Positions 13,943 through 26,200 of a DNA stretch of 64,000 bases are shown piece after piece. Below the pieces are notes generated by a model that saw only the letters and a program-made list of their open reading frames with translations, was not told the origin of the DNA and did not search any database. Position 1 is the first letter of the stretch; each line of letters opens with the position of its first letter. The stretch comes from Ginglymostoma cirratum (Eukaryota). Location of the stretch: positions 25,957,334 to 26,021,333 of the forward strand of contig JAHRHZ010000263.1 of NCBI GenBank assembly GCA_024137785.1, read 5' to 3'. Made by a program: the position numbers and the translations under genes.

Positions 13943-14311
13943 ACCAGGTGCTCAACTAAGAGCTGGCAGATCTAGGAGGAAACTTCCTGTGACATCCTGA
14001 GATGTCTTCAACAGTACCAGTTTGTTACTTCCAGGCAGCTGCATCATAGTATGAAGATTTGGTTTTGAGCATTTTCTGCACTTCACCAGGAACAGCCCCA
14101 GATGTGAGTAGGTCTCTGTATGGACAATGTACTGGGAAAAGCCTTCACAACCTCAGGCGAACTGAGGCACAGCCCCCAGATTGACTGCTGACCACTATCT
14201 CCCCAAATGACTGGAGCATACTCTCGTCTGACTTAACCTTTCACCCTGCACAGCTTTCATGGTTCTATGTGGTTCAGCCATTGCCACTCCCTATTTTAAA
14301 CTTTCATGCAG

Positions 14312-14692
14312 TTTTTTTTATTTATACACAGGACGTGGGTGTTGCTGTTGAGACAGCATTTGTTGTTTATCCCTAATTGAGATTGAACCTCATCACTTAC
14401 CAAGCCATTTCAAAGGGAAATTAAGAGTCAAACATATTGCTGGGTCTGGAATCACATGTAGGTAAAAACAGGTAAGGATGGCAGGTTTCTTCCCCCAGAG
14501 GGCATTAATGAACCAGATGGGTTTTATGACAATTGGCACATGCTTGCCATCAGACTAGCTTTTACCTTCAGATTTTTGTTGAATTCAAATTTCGCCATCT
14601 GCCATGTTGGGATTCAAATCCATGTACCACAAACATCGTTCTCAGTCTCTGCATTACTATATGAGTGACATTGCTGCGATGCCACCACCTGC
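14312..14692 (-). mobile_element. tRNA-headed SINE with CR1-like tail (family S1)
   Basis: A/B-box head (GGTGGCATCGCAG..GATTTGAATCCC) and body shared with the copies at 38088, 39697, 40513 and 50700. Confidence 0.75.
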
Positions 14693-15713
14693 CTGTCAGC
14701 CCAGTTCAGACATTATAACTCCCTGTTTACTGCTTCTGTAGTTCCATGAGGTTCAGCACAGCCATTCTCTGTTTACCACTTTTGGTGTTCCTTGTCATAT
14801 AATCATCAACATCCCTTTACCAAATGTGCTAAAGCCTGCACTTCAACAATAAACACTGCTTTCCCATGTGCGCTAAAACCTGCACTTCAGCCTGAAGCTG
14901 CCCCGTTTCCTCTATGCCAGGTGTTTCATGGAGACAGCCTGCCTTCCGCCACTGCTACGCATTGACTGCACTTCTAAGAGTGACAATACAAGTGAATGGA
15001 AGCATCATTTGTAGCCATGTTGCTGTAGAGACTAAGTATCAATTATTTATCTACTGAAGTGGAAGAAGGCAGGTTGTCACCATGTACATGCTTGCATTTT
15101 GCTGTGAGGCACCTGAAGCTTCAAGTTTGTCAATGGAGTATAAATTAACTGGGAACACAAAGTTAATTCCAGCAACTGAAGTTTTACTGAGATGGAATAC
15201 ATACAGATAAAGCTTCTCAACATCAACTGATGAAATTATTTACCTGTCTTCTGATGAGACAGCTTAATCACTGAAGTTTAACTGAACAGTGGGAAATCGA
15301 TTTTCGCTTCTTCCCTGATTAGGTTCACCTACCCCAATTCTTCTGGCTGTCTCTGGGAGTGCAAATTGCTACGTTTCTGTTTACTATTGTCCAAATCAAA
15401 ATAGTCCAGCACCTCAGTATCTAGAACCATGGGAAAGACCAACATTGGATGCAGTGTTCCAGATGTGGGCAATCTAAGGCTTTATATAAAGAAAAGATAA
15501 TATTAAGATAATTAAATATTCCTAAATACAGTTTTAAATTTGTGGTCAACCTGCACAATTGTATCAATTCTGGGGTTTTGACATAGAAAAGCAGAGGGAA
15601 GTTGTATGCAGACCACAAATACACCATTGTTGCAAGCTTTTTAAATAATTCTGGTGGAAGCTAAAGTATTATTGCCTTGTATTGTTCTTTGTTGGCACAT
15701 ACGAATCATTCTG

Positions 15714-15830
15714 GGGTCTTGTAGCACAATGAAAGCGTTGCAAACTCTGGAGCAGGAAGTCTGAATTTAAGTCCCAATTGCCAAGGAGGTGCGTCATAAC
15801 ATATCCAAACAGGTTGTTTTAAAGAAAAAA
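15714..15830 (+). mobile_element. Short (~110 bp) tRNA-derived SINE
   Basis: TAGCACAATG..GAATTTAAGTCCC boxes and A-rich end; homologous to 50391-50502. Confidence 0.55.
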
Positions 15831-15992
15831 GGAATTCCATTGTTATGTTAACATCATTTACTGGACATCTTTGGTATTTTGTTTTACCAGATACTTACGT
15901 GCGGTGTACTGAAGTAGGAAAAAATTACTGTTGGAGTAGTTATGTTCGATTACTTACTATATCTGGTCGTAAAAAGACTTCTGTAGAAGATA

Positions 15993-16233
15993 CAAAAACA
16001 GAAGTTGCTAGAAAAGCTCAGCAGGTCTGCCAGTGTCTGTGAAGAAAACTCATTTCACGTTTTGGGTCCAGTGACCGTTCCTCAGAGGAAGGTTCCACCG
16101 GTTTGAAGGAGGGGTCACTGTACCCGAAACTTTAGCTGTGATTTTTCTTCACAAATGGTGGCAGACTTGCTGAGCTTTTCCAGTAACTTCTGTTTTTGAT
16201 CCTGATTTACAGCTTCCACAGTTCTTTGAATTT
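15993..16233. mobile_element. Hairpin-shaped non-autonomous Penelope-like element (D)
   Basis: Inverted arms of about 100 bp plus a ~35-nt unpaired tail; 14-bp TSD TTCTGT(A/G)GAAGATA at 15979-15992 and 16234-16247; degenerate hammerhead core in each arm. Confidence 0.8.
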
Positions 16234-16302
16234 TTCTGTGGAAGATATCCTAGATTTTATTCAGATTACAGAGCGTAAATTAAGAAGCTTGTCATTAAAA
16301 CA

Positions 16303-19300
16303 TGGAGCAAAATTTTCTGCCCCCATAGAGTAGCATGAGCAATGTGAGAAAGTTAGGGAAAATACAGCAAAAATGAGAAACCAAATTCTTTGTGTCAAGA
16401 AAAAGAAATCCAATTTTCCCCTCAAGTTTAAATGATGGAGTCAGAATCTTGCTAACGAGTGGCGATTACCTTATTTTCATGAATTTGCATCTCATTTTTA
16501 ACCAAATTCACCTAATTTCTCTGCAGCTCCCAATTCTCCCGTCTTTCCCAAGAAAATAGAAGGCGCCATTTCCCACCTTGAAAGTCAGAGGTAACATGGT
16601 GGCAGCTCATGCTTCCTCCTTCATCCCTTCAGACAACGCTGTCTTCACCACACCATCTCTGCATGCTCCATGGATACTGTTCTCATCCACTTTAATCCAT
16701 GTAAGGGTGCATCAGCAAGCCATCAATTTCCACACACCATCATGCCAACTTACACATCACTTCACCCCTTTAGAACTTCAGTTTGGAGTTCAGGACTTAC
16801 ATGCTTCGGCCAAGTCATCCTGCACAAAGGGACATAAAAGCATTTGATGCATTTATGCAGGATGCATCTTGCGACTGTTAGATTACTACCTCAATGCGCA
16901 CTCAGGTTACGCCTACTTAGAGGCTGTCAGTTTGGATTAGTGTCTGGCTTGCAATGTTTTTGAGCACCCAAGCTCTTACAGACTTCCAGCTTCTGACATT
17001 TTCACACAGTTGGAGAGGTACACTGCTTGTCATGGTTCAGAGAACAGAACAGTCAAGGCAGTGGACAGGGTGCTGTACAAAAACATGCTACATCAAAGTT
17101 ATATCTAGAATATGTTATAGCAGCCTATAATAGCAAACACACAAACAACCAAACGACTATGTCTGAAAATCAATGCACAGTAGTGCTTAGTAGAGTAAAG
17201 GGTTATGGTCAGTCAGTCAGTGCTACCAATCAAAGAGCATCTCATTCTCATCCAGAGGTTTGGCCACAGTCACTCTGGCACTTGGTCCAACCCAGAGTCC
17301 GGGGATCTATGTCCTTGCAATCTGGCAATTGGGCCACAGTCAGTTCTTCAGGTCCTCCAATGCAGCTAGTCCAGGGATTTCAGGTTCATCAGTCAGGGTG
17401 TTGCAGAGATATTAACTGGAGCAAAGTTAGTCCAGGTGCTGGGCTATAGTCACCCTGGGGGTTTGGCTATCAATAGTCAGGGGATTTATCAAGGCCGGCC
17501 TGTTAAATCCTAGCACAGTAAGAAGTTCTAGTCTTGTGTAGATGTTTATTTTACTGGGGTCTGAAGGAATGGTTACAATGAAAGAGATCAATTGGGCACA
17601 TTAACAGTTATATAAAGGAACTGAGTAGAAATGGGGTTGGGGGAGTTGGAAATCTTATTGGGGGGACACAGACAGAAACACAATTGAGCACATGAAGGAT
17701 AGTAGTTTCCTGCTGTTTTTTAGACAGGGCCTGCTGTCACTCACAAGGACACAAAGTTGAAACCTTGCCATATTCAATCCAAAGTCAGTTGTGCAATAAC
17801 ATAACAAAATGGCCATCATCCCATGCAGAAGAAACAGAGCATGTTATTGCTTTTTTCTCTTTGAATTTGAGGCCCTGCTAGGGGCAATTATATTAATTGC
17901 ATATCCAATGATTCAGTAATACCATGTGGCATCAAATTACAATCCGTTGGCAAATCATTCCTTTTACGACAATGAACGTAAAAGTTATGGTGTCATGCAA
18001 TTATGACTATTGCACAATTTGTATTAATTACCTATTTTCCATGTCAGACAAGTAATTTTAATCAAAAACTAAAAGTTTCACCTGGTTTTGACATTTCTGA
18101 ATCACATACCTGATTCTAGAAAACAATGCTCCCAAGCTGCCATGTTCACATACTGAACTGTGCAAAGTCATGGTTGGTGATATTCAAGGCTGGTGTTTTT
18201 TGGAAGGTTTGCTATCATGTTGTATTAATTCCAGAATTTTATTACTCCAGTGCAGCATGAACACTTCGGTTTTGTAACATATATCTGGATAAGTTTACAT
18301 GCCTTAGAAATCCTAGCAAGGCATTGCCTCCTTCTGAAGCCTCCACGGCCGAATCAGGGCATTGCATGGTATTTCATTGTGCTTGATGTGAGAGTTTAGG
18401 AGTGCTACATAAATATTGTTCTGTTTTCAACATGCCACACAGAATTTTGGCTCATGCATCTGAGATAGACATCAAAGTTGTTAAATTCCTTATGGCCTTG
18501 CTGCATAGGCAAAGGCACCAAAGGAGAGAACAACTACAACTTTGCCAGCAAGCCCAGCAAGAACAGCAACCTCCAGTGGCTGCCACACAGTCTTCAGAGC
18601 TAGAAACAGAAAAGAAGATTCCACGGGGAGGCAAGACCTTGCATTTCCAGGCCTTGCTGTCTATAACAATGGGAAGCACATTTCAGGAGCAGACCAAAGA
18701 TGTATCAAGTCATCATCTCCAAACTGAGTCATTTCCTGGAGAAAGACTTGCACTCAAAGGAATGAGTAATGATCCCACCCTGGTGGCTGTCAAAGTTACA
18801 GCTACCATCAAAGTTACAAGTACCTTTAATTTTTATACCAGCAGCTGTTTCAAGGAGCTAATGAGGACATGTGTGACATGTCCCAATGCTAGACTCATAA
18901 GGCATCTGGGATGTCATTAACTCCAGATTACACCTGTTTATGTCCTTCCCCTGTGATAAAGAGATTCAGTGGGATCCTCCATCATCACAGATCTTCCCTC
19001 AGTGCAGTACACCATAGACTGCCTCCACAGTCCTTCGAGAGCAACCTATCATCAACTTGCAGAGTCTGTCAACAGAAAAGGCTTCCAATCCATCAATATT
19101 CAACTTATATGTGACCATGCTTGCCAGATTTTGGAGTTATGTGCCACATTTTCTTGCAGCTGCCATAATGCATACAAACTAAAGAACTTACAGGTTTCTA
19201 CCTCCTTCCAAGGCCCTCAGGCCATACAGGGAGAACTATTTGAAGACAACTGCTACCTCTCCAAACATGGTTTATGATAACTTTACAAAACTCTCAGGCT

Positions 19301-19630
19301 GATGCAGAACCAAGATACAATGCTGCCCATCAGGTCCTCAGTGGAACAGGCCACAGGCTTTCTTAGGCTGAGGCCTAGACTGCTACTGTGGCACTTTGTT
19401 GTACAGCCCAGGAAGGATGTACCAAATCATTGTGGCTTGCTGTGCCCTTCACAACTGATGCCAGCAATGGGGGGGGAATTTACTGGATAATGTGGAAATG
19501 AGAGATCAACAGCAATTTTCTGGGAATGAGGCTGAAATTGAGGATCAGGACATTGACCAGATGGGACATCCAAGATAGAGAAACATGCTGTTGAAAGCAA
19601 AAAGCCAGAGAGAACCTAACTGAATCCTGC
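16303..19630 (+). mobile_element. Harbinger/PIF DNA transposon fossil H2, with internal insertions
   Basis: ORF 18969-19277 TIDCLH..VNRKGFQSINIQLICDHACQILELCATFSCSCHNAY..GELFEDNCYL is the transposase core; VAVKVT...FNFYTSSCF is the N-terminal HTH; SVEQATGFLRLR follows. Left boundary tentative. Confidence 0.8.
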
Positions 19631-19631
19631 C

Positions 19632-19726
19632 TCTAAGATGAGGGTCTAGGCCCAAAACGTCAGCCTTCCTGCTCATCTGATGCTGCTTGGCCTGCTGTGT
19701 TCATCAAACTCTACACCTTGTTATTC
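19632..19726 (+). mobile_element. Single-arm Penelope pLTR fragment (E) starting at the hammerhead motif
   Basis: CTAAGATGAGGGTCTAGGCCCAAAACGTCAGCCTTCCTGCTC...CTTGTTAT is homologous to the arms of elements A, B and C. Confidence 0.75.
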
Positions 19727-20057
19727 CAAGATGAAAGGTCTGGATTTGGACTTTGTTTCATTATGCAACTTTCTGTTGGTTAAATGGCCAGCAGCTCCTA
19801 GTAAGTCCAAAGTACATGTGTACATGGTTGTTTTGCAGTCCTCGAATTTTTATTTTGCTGAATAAATGTTTGCTTATCCAAATGATTGTATGTTTTGTTT
19901 CTACGGGTGATCCCAATTTAAAGTATTTACCCTTTATAGGTTCTACTCACTGTCAGAGAGAAAGCAGCAGTTAGTGAGAGGAGCGCTAACATGACATGGC
20001 ACTAAATTTAGGTAGCTTTTTGGCTCAGTCGGCGTAACATCTACATGTGTCATGCAT

Positions 20058-21242
20058 AAAACCATAAGATATAGGAGCAGAATTAGGCCACTCCACCGTT
20101 CAGTCATGGCTGATATGTTTCTCAACTTCATTCTCCCACCTTCTCCCCATAACCTTTGATCCTCTTACTAATCAAGAACCTATCTATCTAGTCTCTCCTA
20201 CTAGTAGAAACATCTTCTCCATGTCCGCTCTATCCAGGATTCTCAGTATTCTGTAAGTTTCAATGAGGTCCAACCTCATCCTTCTAAACTCCAGACTGAG
20301 TCCTCAACGGCTATTTACATAACAAGGCTTTCATGACCGGGACCATTCTTGTAAACCTCCTCCAGACCCCCTCCATGGCTAGCATATCCTTCCTTTTGGT
20401 ATATGGGCCAAAACTGCTCCACATGCGGACTGACGAGAGCCTTACACAGCCTCAGCAGTACATCCTTGCTCTTATATTCTAGCCTTCTCAAAGTGAATGC
20501 TAACATTGTATTTGCCTTCCTAACTGCCAACTGAACTTTAAAAGAATTCTGAACTAGGGCTCTGAAGCAAAGAGTTCCAAAGCCTTTCCCCATTTAGAAA
20601 ATAGTTTCTACCTCTATTCTTGCCATCATAGTGCATCACCTCACATTTTCCCACATTCTAATTCATCTGCCACTTTGCTCAATCTCCTAGCTTGTCCTCA
20701 TCCATCTAGTCTTCCTGGTTCTCAATTTTACCTGTTCATCTATCTATTTTTCTGTAATCTATAAACTTAGCAACAGTCTCAGATTCTTTGTACAGATCGT
20801 TAATATAGTACATGAATAGTTGTGGTCCCAACACTGACCCCTGTGGAACTCCACTAGTCAACAGCTGCCATCTTGAAAAAGACCCTTTATCACTACACTG
20901 TCTTCTGTAAGTCAACCAAATCCTCTATCTATGCCAGTACCTTGCCCATAGCACCATGGACTCTTAGCAGCCTCCTGTGTGGCACCATATCAAAAGCCTT
21001 CTGGAAATCCAAATAGATCGTGTCCACTGGCTCTCCTTTGTCAAACTTGCTTGTTACCTCCTCAAAGAATTCTCAACAGCTTTGTAGGCATGACCTCCCC
21101 TTTACGAAACTGTACTGACTCAGCCCTATTTTACTCTGCACTCCCAAGTACTCCACAATCTCATCCTTAATAATGGACTCTAAAATCTTACCAACAACAC
21201 AGGTCAGGCTAACCAGTGTATAATTTCCCATCTTCTGCCTCC
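20058..21242 (-). mobile_element. CR1 LINE 3' portion
   Basis: VQLAVRKANTMLAFTLRRLEYKSKDVLLRLCKALVSPHVE and YLDFQKAFDMVPH motifs; CR1 tail at the left end. Confidence 0.9.
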
Positions 21243-21568
21243 CCCAAGGGATTTTCTACTACTATTCACCATAAGCCTGCCTTCACCAGTCAGTACATGG
21301 ATTGGGATTCGAATAGTTCCATTCACCACAAGATCAACCTTATTAGCAACCTTGCGAATAGGGCTGTAACCATTGAATTGTCATGTAAACTCAATGCTGA
21401 GGTAGGATATATGAAATCTATTTTGCACGATAATGGCCGCCCTGATCAATTTTTTTTCTCCTGCATATCGTGAAAGGGCCTAAGGCCACCATTTTTGGCC
21501 TAAAAAATTCCCTATCTACCTCAGATTACCCAAGGGGAAAGTGTGTCAAACACTGAGCAAGTGAAGTT

Positions 21569-21992
21569 AAAATTGTATCAGAGATAAAAGGTACTGCAGA
21601 TGCTGGAGAATCCGAGATAACAAGCATGGGGCTGGATGAACACGGCAGGTCAAGCAGCATCATAGGAGCAGGAAAACTTGACGTTTCGGGCCGAAACCCT
21701 TCATCAGAAATGGGGGAGGGGAAGAGGGTTCTGAAATAAATAGGGAGAGAGGGGGCCCCTACCTACACTCACCTTTACTGGCTCCATCCCCGCCTCTTCG
21801 ACTTGTCTGCCTCCTCTCCACCTATCCTCTCCTCTATCCATCCTCTATCCACCTCCCCCCTCTCCCTATTTATTTCAGAACCCTCTTCCCCTCCCCCATT
21901 TCTGATGAAGGGTTTCGGCCCGAAACGTCAAGTTTTCCTGCTCCTATGATGCTGCTTGACCTGCTGTGTTCATCCATCCCCATGCTTGTTAT
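21569..21992. mobile_element. Young hairpin Penelope-like insertion (A)
   Basis: Perfect 18-bp TSD CACTGAGCAAGTGAAGTT (21551-21568, 21993-22010); inverted arms ~21616-21755 and ~21856-21992; intact hammerhead core in both arms. Confidence 0.9.
21899..21932 (+). ncRNA. Minimal type I hammerhead ribozyme motif (mirror copy at 21677-21710, minus strand)
   Basis: CUGAUGA-A-GGGU(UUCG)GCCC-GAAA-CGUC: catalytic core, stem II, palindromic ACGU stem III and a short stem I (UUU/AAG). Matches minimal Penelope-associated hammerheads. Activity untested. Confidence 0.7.
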
Positions 21993-22275
21993 CACTGAGC
22001 AAGTGAAGTTTGCCATCTGCTTTGCAGTAAACACATGAATCTCCATTAACATGCTGTCATCAAGCCAAGAAACATCTTTCTCCCACACAACTAAGCAAGA
22101 AGATTTACGAACTTCAGGGCCTTTGTGATGCCAAATATGTAAGCTATACATCCCAGTGACCAGAAGACCGTATCAAACAACACATCTTTTTGACCATCCA
22201 TAGTAGGCAGTGTGCTGATCATATTCGACCAGCCCTTGCTAGCCCAAAACTCAAACAACATATGATTCTGCTATT

Positions 22276-23275
22276 TGGTAAAGGGGGGGAATGGCGAAAC
22301 CGCTCTGATAGTTAAGCCAAAACACAAACCCCACTCTGCTATGATGGGATTAGAGGTTCCCTTCTAATAATTACCCCCAAACATCCAGAGATGATCTGCT
22401 TGTACCACTCGTAAACAAAGCTTTTCATTGTATTTTGGTACACGTGACAATAAATCAATTAATCAACTAATCTCGCTTTTCCCCAAGAAAGAAAATCCCT
22501 GATCTCCACTTTACAAGTAACAAGAAACAATTTATTTAGTTAACCCAACAATGAACAAATTAACAGAATTGCTAACAAACCAACAATTCCCCCTTAGACT
22601 ACTACTTCCTAACTGGTCTAAAATCTACTGGAATACTGTTCAAATAAACACAGGTCCCACTTAATAAACCCAATTAATGAGTCAAAAATGAATTATAACT
22701 TAAACCCTCCAAATTCACACAAATTGTCTTCTGGAATATTCTGTCATCTCCACTCTCTTCACAAACACTTTTCTTTCACTAATTCTGCTGTCAGAATTGT
22801 TTTATCTCTGTAATTTCTTCACTGAGGATTTTGAGCTAAAATGCCGTGGTATTTTTGATTAATTAGGTGGGCTTTCTCTAAGAGCTGAATGGTGATAACT
22901 CTGGTATATGGCAGATGACTCTCCCCAATTTTCCAAATGCCCTCATTTTATATACCTATGATGACATAATCAAATTCTTATAATATGATTGGTTTCAGGT
23001 TGTCAACACCATCAGATTTAAATTCAATTGGCTTTCTGTATCGAGGTTCTTGGTTTAAAATAATTGGCCAAATTCAAACTTGTTGTCTTGGAAATATTGC
23101 TGCTTGGCTGTTCTATACAAAATGTTTCCATTCGGGCACTCTCTGTGCACCTGCACTTATAAACTTAGAAGCACAGACAAAGCACGAGCTTTTAAAGTGC
23201 TTTTCTCCCCACGATCATTTTTACCAACAAATTCCAACTTCCTGCCTTCCGATTCATGAATACTCTACCCAACTT
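22276..23275 (-). repeat. 3' LTR of the Gmr1-type element (contains a Rex1 tail at ~22390-22472)
   Basis: Long colinear similarity to 27439-28154 plus 29124-29260, and to the solo LTR at 5528-6529. Confidence 0.85.
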
Positions 23276-26200
23276 AAGAAAAAGTGAAACATCATTATGA
23301 GAAGATGGCTTCATTTTTTCTCTAAATCTTAACACTCTTACCACAAAATACAGATTTCAGTACTCTAAAGTTATACCTTTCATACTAATTCTAAATATAT
23401 ATACATGTTTTTTATATAGATATATATATATATTAAAAGTGGACCATACCAGTTCTATCTCATCTACAAATGTTCTTTTAAACCTGCGATAACACATCTG
23501 CCACAACATTTTTCCATCCCGCAACATGTACAATTTCTAAATTAAAAGCCTGTAACATAAGACGCCAATGAAATAGTCTCATTTTTGTCCTTAAATTTTT
23601 CCAAAAAGGTGAGAGAGTTGTGATCTGTATACACAACCATCTCTGAAATATTGTTTGTAACATAAACATTAAAATGTTGTAAGGCCAGTACCAAACTCAA
23701 TAATTCCTTTCCAACAATGGAGTATTTTCTCTGATGAATATTGAGTTTCTTTGAAAAATATCCAATTGGCCTTTTAATTCTGCTATAATCCGCCTGCATC
23801 AACATAGCTCCAACCCCTATATCGCTGACATCGATAGAGATTTTAAACAGTTTTGAGAAATTTGTTGTAGCTAAAACTGGGGCAGTGGTTAATACGGTTT
23901 TTAAATTCTCAAATGCCTCCTGGCATTATTCCGTCTACTGAAATTTCACATTCTTCTTTAGCAAATCTGTCAGCTGTGCCACCACGCTACTAAAAGTCAC
24001 ACAAACATCCAATAGAATCTGCTCAGTCCCAAAAGTCCAAGCACCTTTTTCTTCGAGGATAGTGTTGGAAATTCCTTGATGGCCTTTATCTATGTGTTCC
24101 TTAGGGTCATCCTTCCATGTCCAATGTTATGTCCCAAGAATGTCACTTCAGCCTTCGTGAATTCAGTTTGTGCTATGTTTATAATCAGCTTTGTCTCCTA
24201 TAGTCTTTCGAAGAGCTCTGCCAAATGCACCATGTAAGCTTTCCATGAATGGCTAAAGATCACGATGTCAGCTATGTAGATGGCACAATTAGTCAATCCT
24301 GCCACAACTCTTTGGCTGGTGCGTTCTTCATACTAAAGGGCATTACTTTAAATTGATACAGCCCATTTGGGGTTACAAATGCAGAAACTCCTTTTTCTCT
24401 CTCTGACAAAGGTACTTGCCAGTAACCACGGAGTAAGTCCAACTTGGTATTATAAGTGGCTTGTCCAACTTTTTCCACACAGTCCTCCAGTCTTGGAATT
24501 GAGTATGAATCTACTTACTTACAGCATTGACCTTCTGATAATCTACGCAAAACCGTTGAGTACCATCAGGCTTTGGAACCAACATGATTGGCAAACTCCA
24601 TTCACTTTGACTTAGCTTGATGACGTCTTCTTGCAGCATCACTTCCATTTCCTTCTGTATCTGTACGGCTTTAAGAGGATTAAGCCTATAGGGGTGTTGT
24701 TTTATCAGAACAGCATTGCCTACTTCAACCTCATGCACTATAGTACTAATTCTCCCCATTCTATTCCCACAGGTGTCCTCATATTTCTGCCACAAACCTC
24801 TTAATTCAGTCTGCTGTTCCTGAGACAGATAGCTCACTATTCTATCACATTCTGTAAGTACCTCCTTGTTACTTAACTTACTTTGAGGCACATCAAAATC
24901 AATTCCTCACTCGGAGTGTCAGTGACTAATACCTTTTTCTCCAGTTTCCTTTCCAAAGGTGTTAGGTTTATTAGTTCCTGTGGCTTTTCTACCATTTGAC
25001 AGGTATGACAAGTACAGCAATTTGAACCACATCCTTGTGCAATCCAGGCCAATAGAAGTGCTTTTGTATTTTAGACTGAGTCTTCCTTACTCCTAAATGA
25101 TCTCCTATCAGTAATTTGTGTGCTACTCATACCCCCTGTCTGTATGCTAACGGCTACACAATCTGTGCATTTCCACCCATTTCTCCTCTGTACTAACATG
25201 CCGAGGTCTCCGTTTTCGTCTTAGGATTTTATCTTTGAGCTTATAACACTCTGGAATACTTTCTGGTTCCTTTTCCGAGTAGGCTTTATAATATAGATCT
25301 TTTATTGTCTCATCTTTAACTCCAGTAATCTTTCAGAACTAAACACCTCTGCCTGATCCTCTACCTGCTTAGGTTCTTCTTTTACCATTTCATCAAACAG
25401 GGTATCAGCTAAGTGGACCTCAACTCCTTCGACTTTCTCTTTAGTTTTCCCCCTTTGCTTTAATCTTTGACTATGAGATCTTGTCACCACACAGTCCAGA
25501 AAAATTCCAGGGTATTTATCTTTTAACTCCTCAGTTCCCTGGTTTTCCTTCGGCTTCTCCATTACAAGGGATGTCACTCCCTCTTTTATTCCTGCCAGGT
25601 CATTTTCAAGAAAAAACTGCATTCCTGGAATTGACATTCTTTCAATCATTCCCACTTTCACTTCCCCAGTCTTGATTCGACTTTCCAACCTGATCTTACA
25701 CAGGGGAATGCTAAATCTGTCCATCCGCAGATTACCACTCTCTTGGGTAACATTTCAGAAGTAGCTAGCGTGAATATTTTCATCTCTTACAATTACAGAC
25801 TGACCAGCTCCCATATCTCTCAATGTTTTAACTTCTTTACCTTCGCTCCCTGTTCTTACTAAGTAAACTTTACCCACACAGGTGAAGTTTTTGTAGAGAT
25901 TGGGCACTGTCTCACTATCCAACCTGTAACAAGGCTATGCAGTCTTCTGTAGCTCCTTGACTTCTTTTGGGATTTCCTTCACTATCTCAGCTAATCCCAC
26001 TAGTTTAACATCTTTTACCACATTTAGCACTTTTTCCCAGTGCCTTTCTTAAACCACTGGCACTGTGACTTTGTGTCCCACTCCATTACAGTGAAAATAC
26101 CTGAAGCCTTTTGCCTCCTTTTCACGCTCTTGGGTTTCTTTTTTCACTCGTGGTAAACTGTTCCCAGTCTGATCTACTTTTTGTTTTCCATTGAAGGATC

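Larger units (their letters stand above)
13090..14990 (-). mobile_element. Harbinger/PIF DNA transposon fossil H1
   Basis: Minus ORF HRKGFHFMNVQIICGHSSHIIHVSAHYPGSCH matches the Harbinger DDE core (NRKG.HSLNVQ.VCD...A.YPGS.HD). A possible divergent Myb-like ORF start (PRF) lies near 14900. Confidence 0.75.
21245..22275 (+). mobile_element. Old Penelope-like element fragment (RT thumb and GIY-YIG), split by element A
   Basis: HKPAFTSQYMDWDS..HKINLISNLANRA..KLNAEVGYMKSILHDNGRPDQF, then YELQGLCDAKYVSYTSQ.PEDRIKQH. Confidence 0.8.

Noticed and set aside
18402-19490. Possible domesticated HARBI1-like gene
   Set aside because: Multiple frameshifts and stops and altered catalytic motifs (HD to HN, GD to ED) indicate a dead transposon copy.
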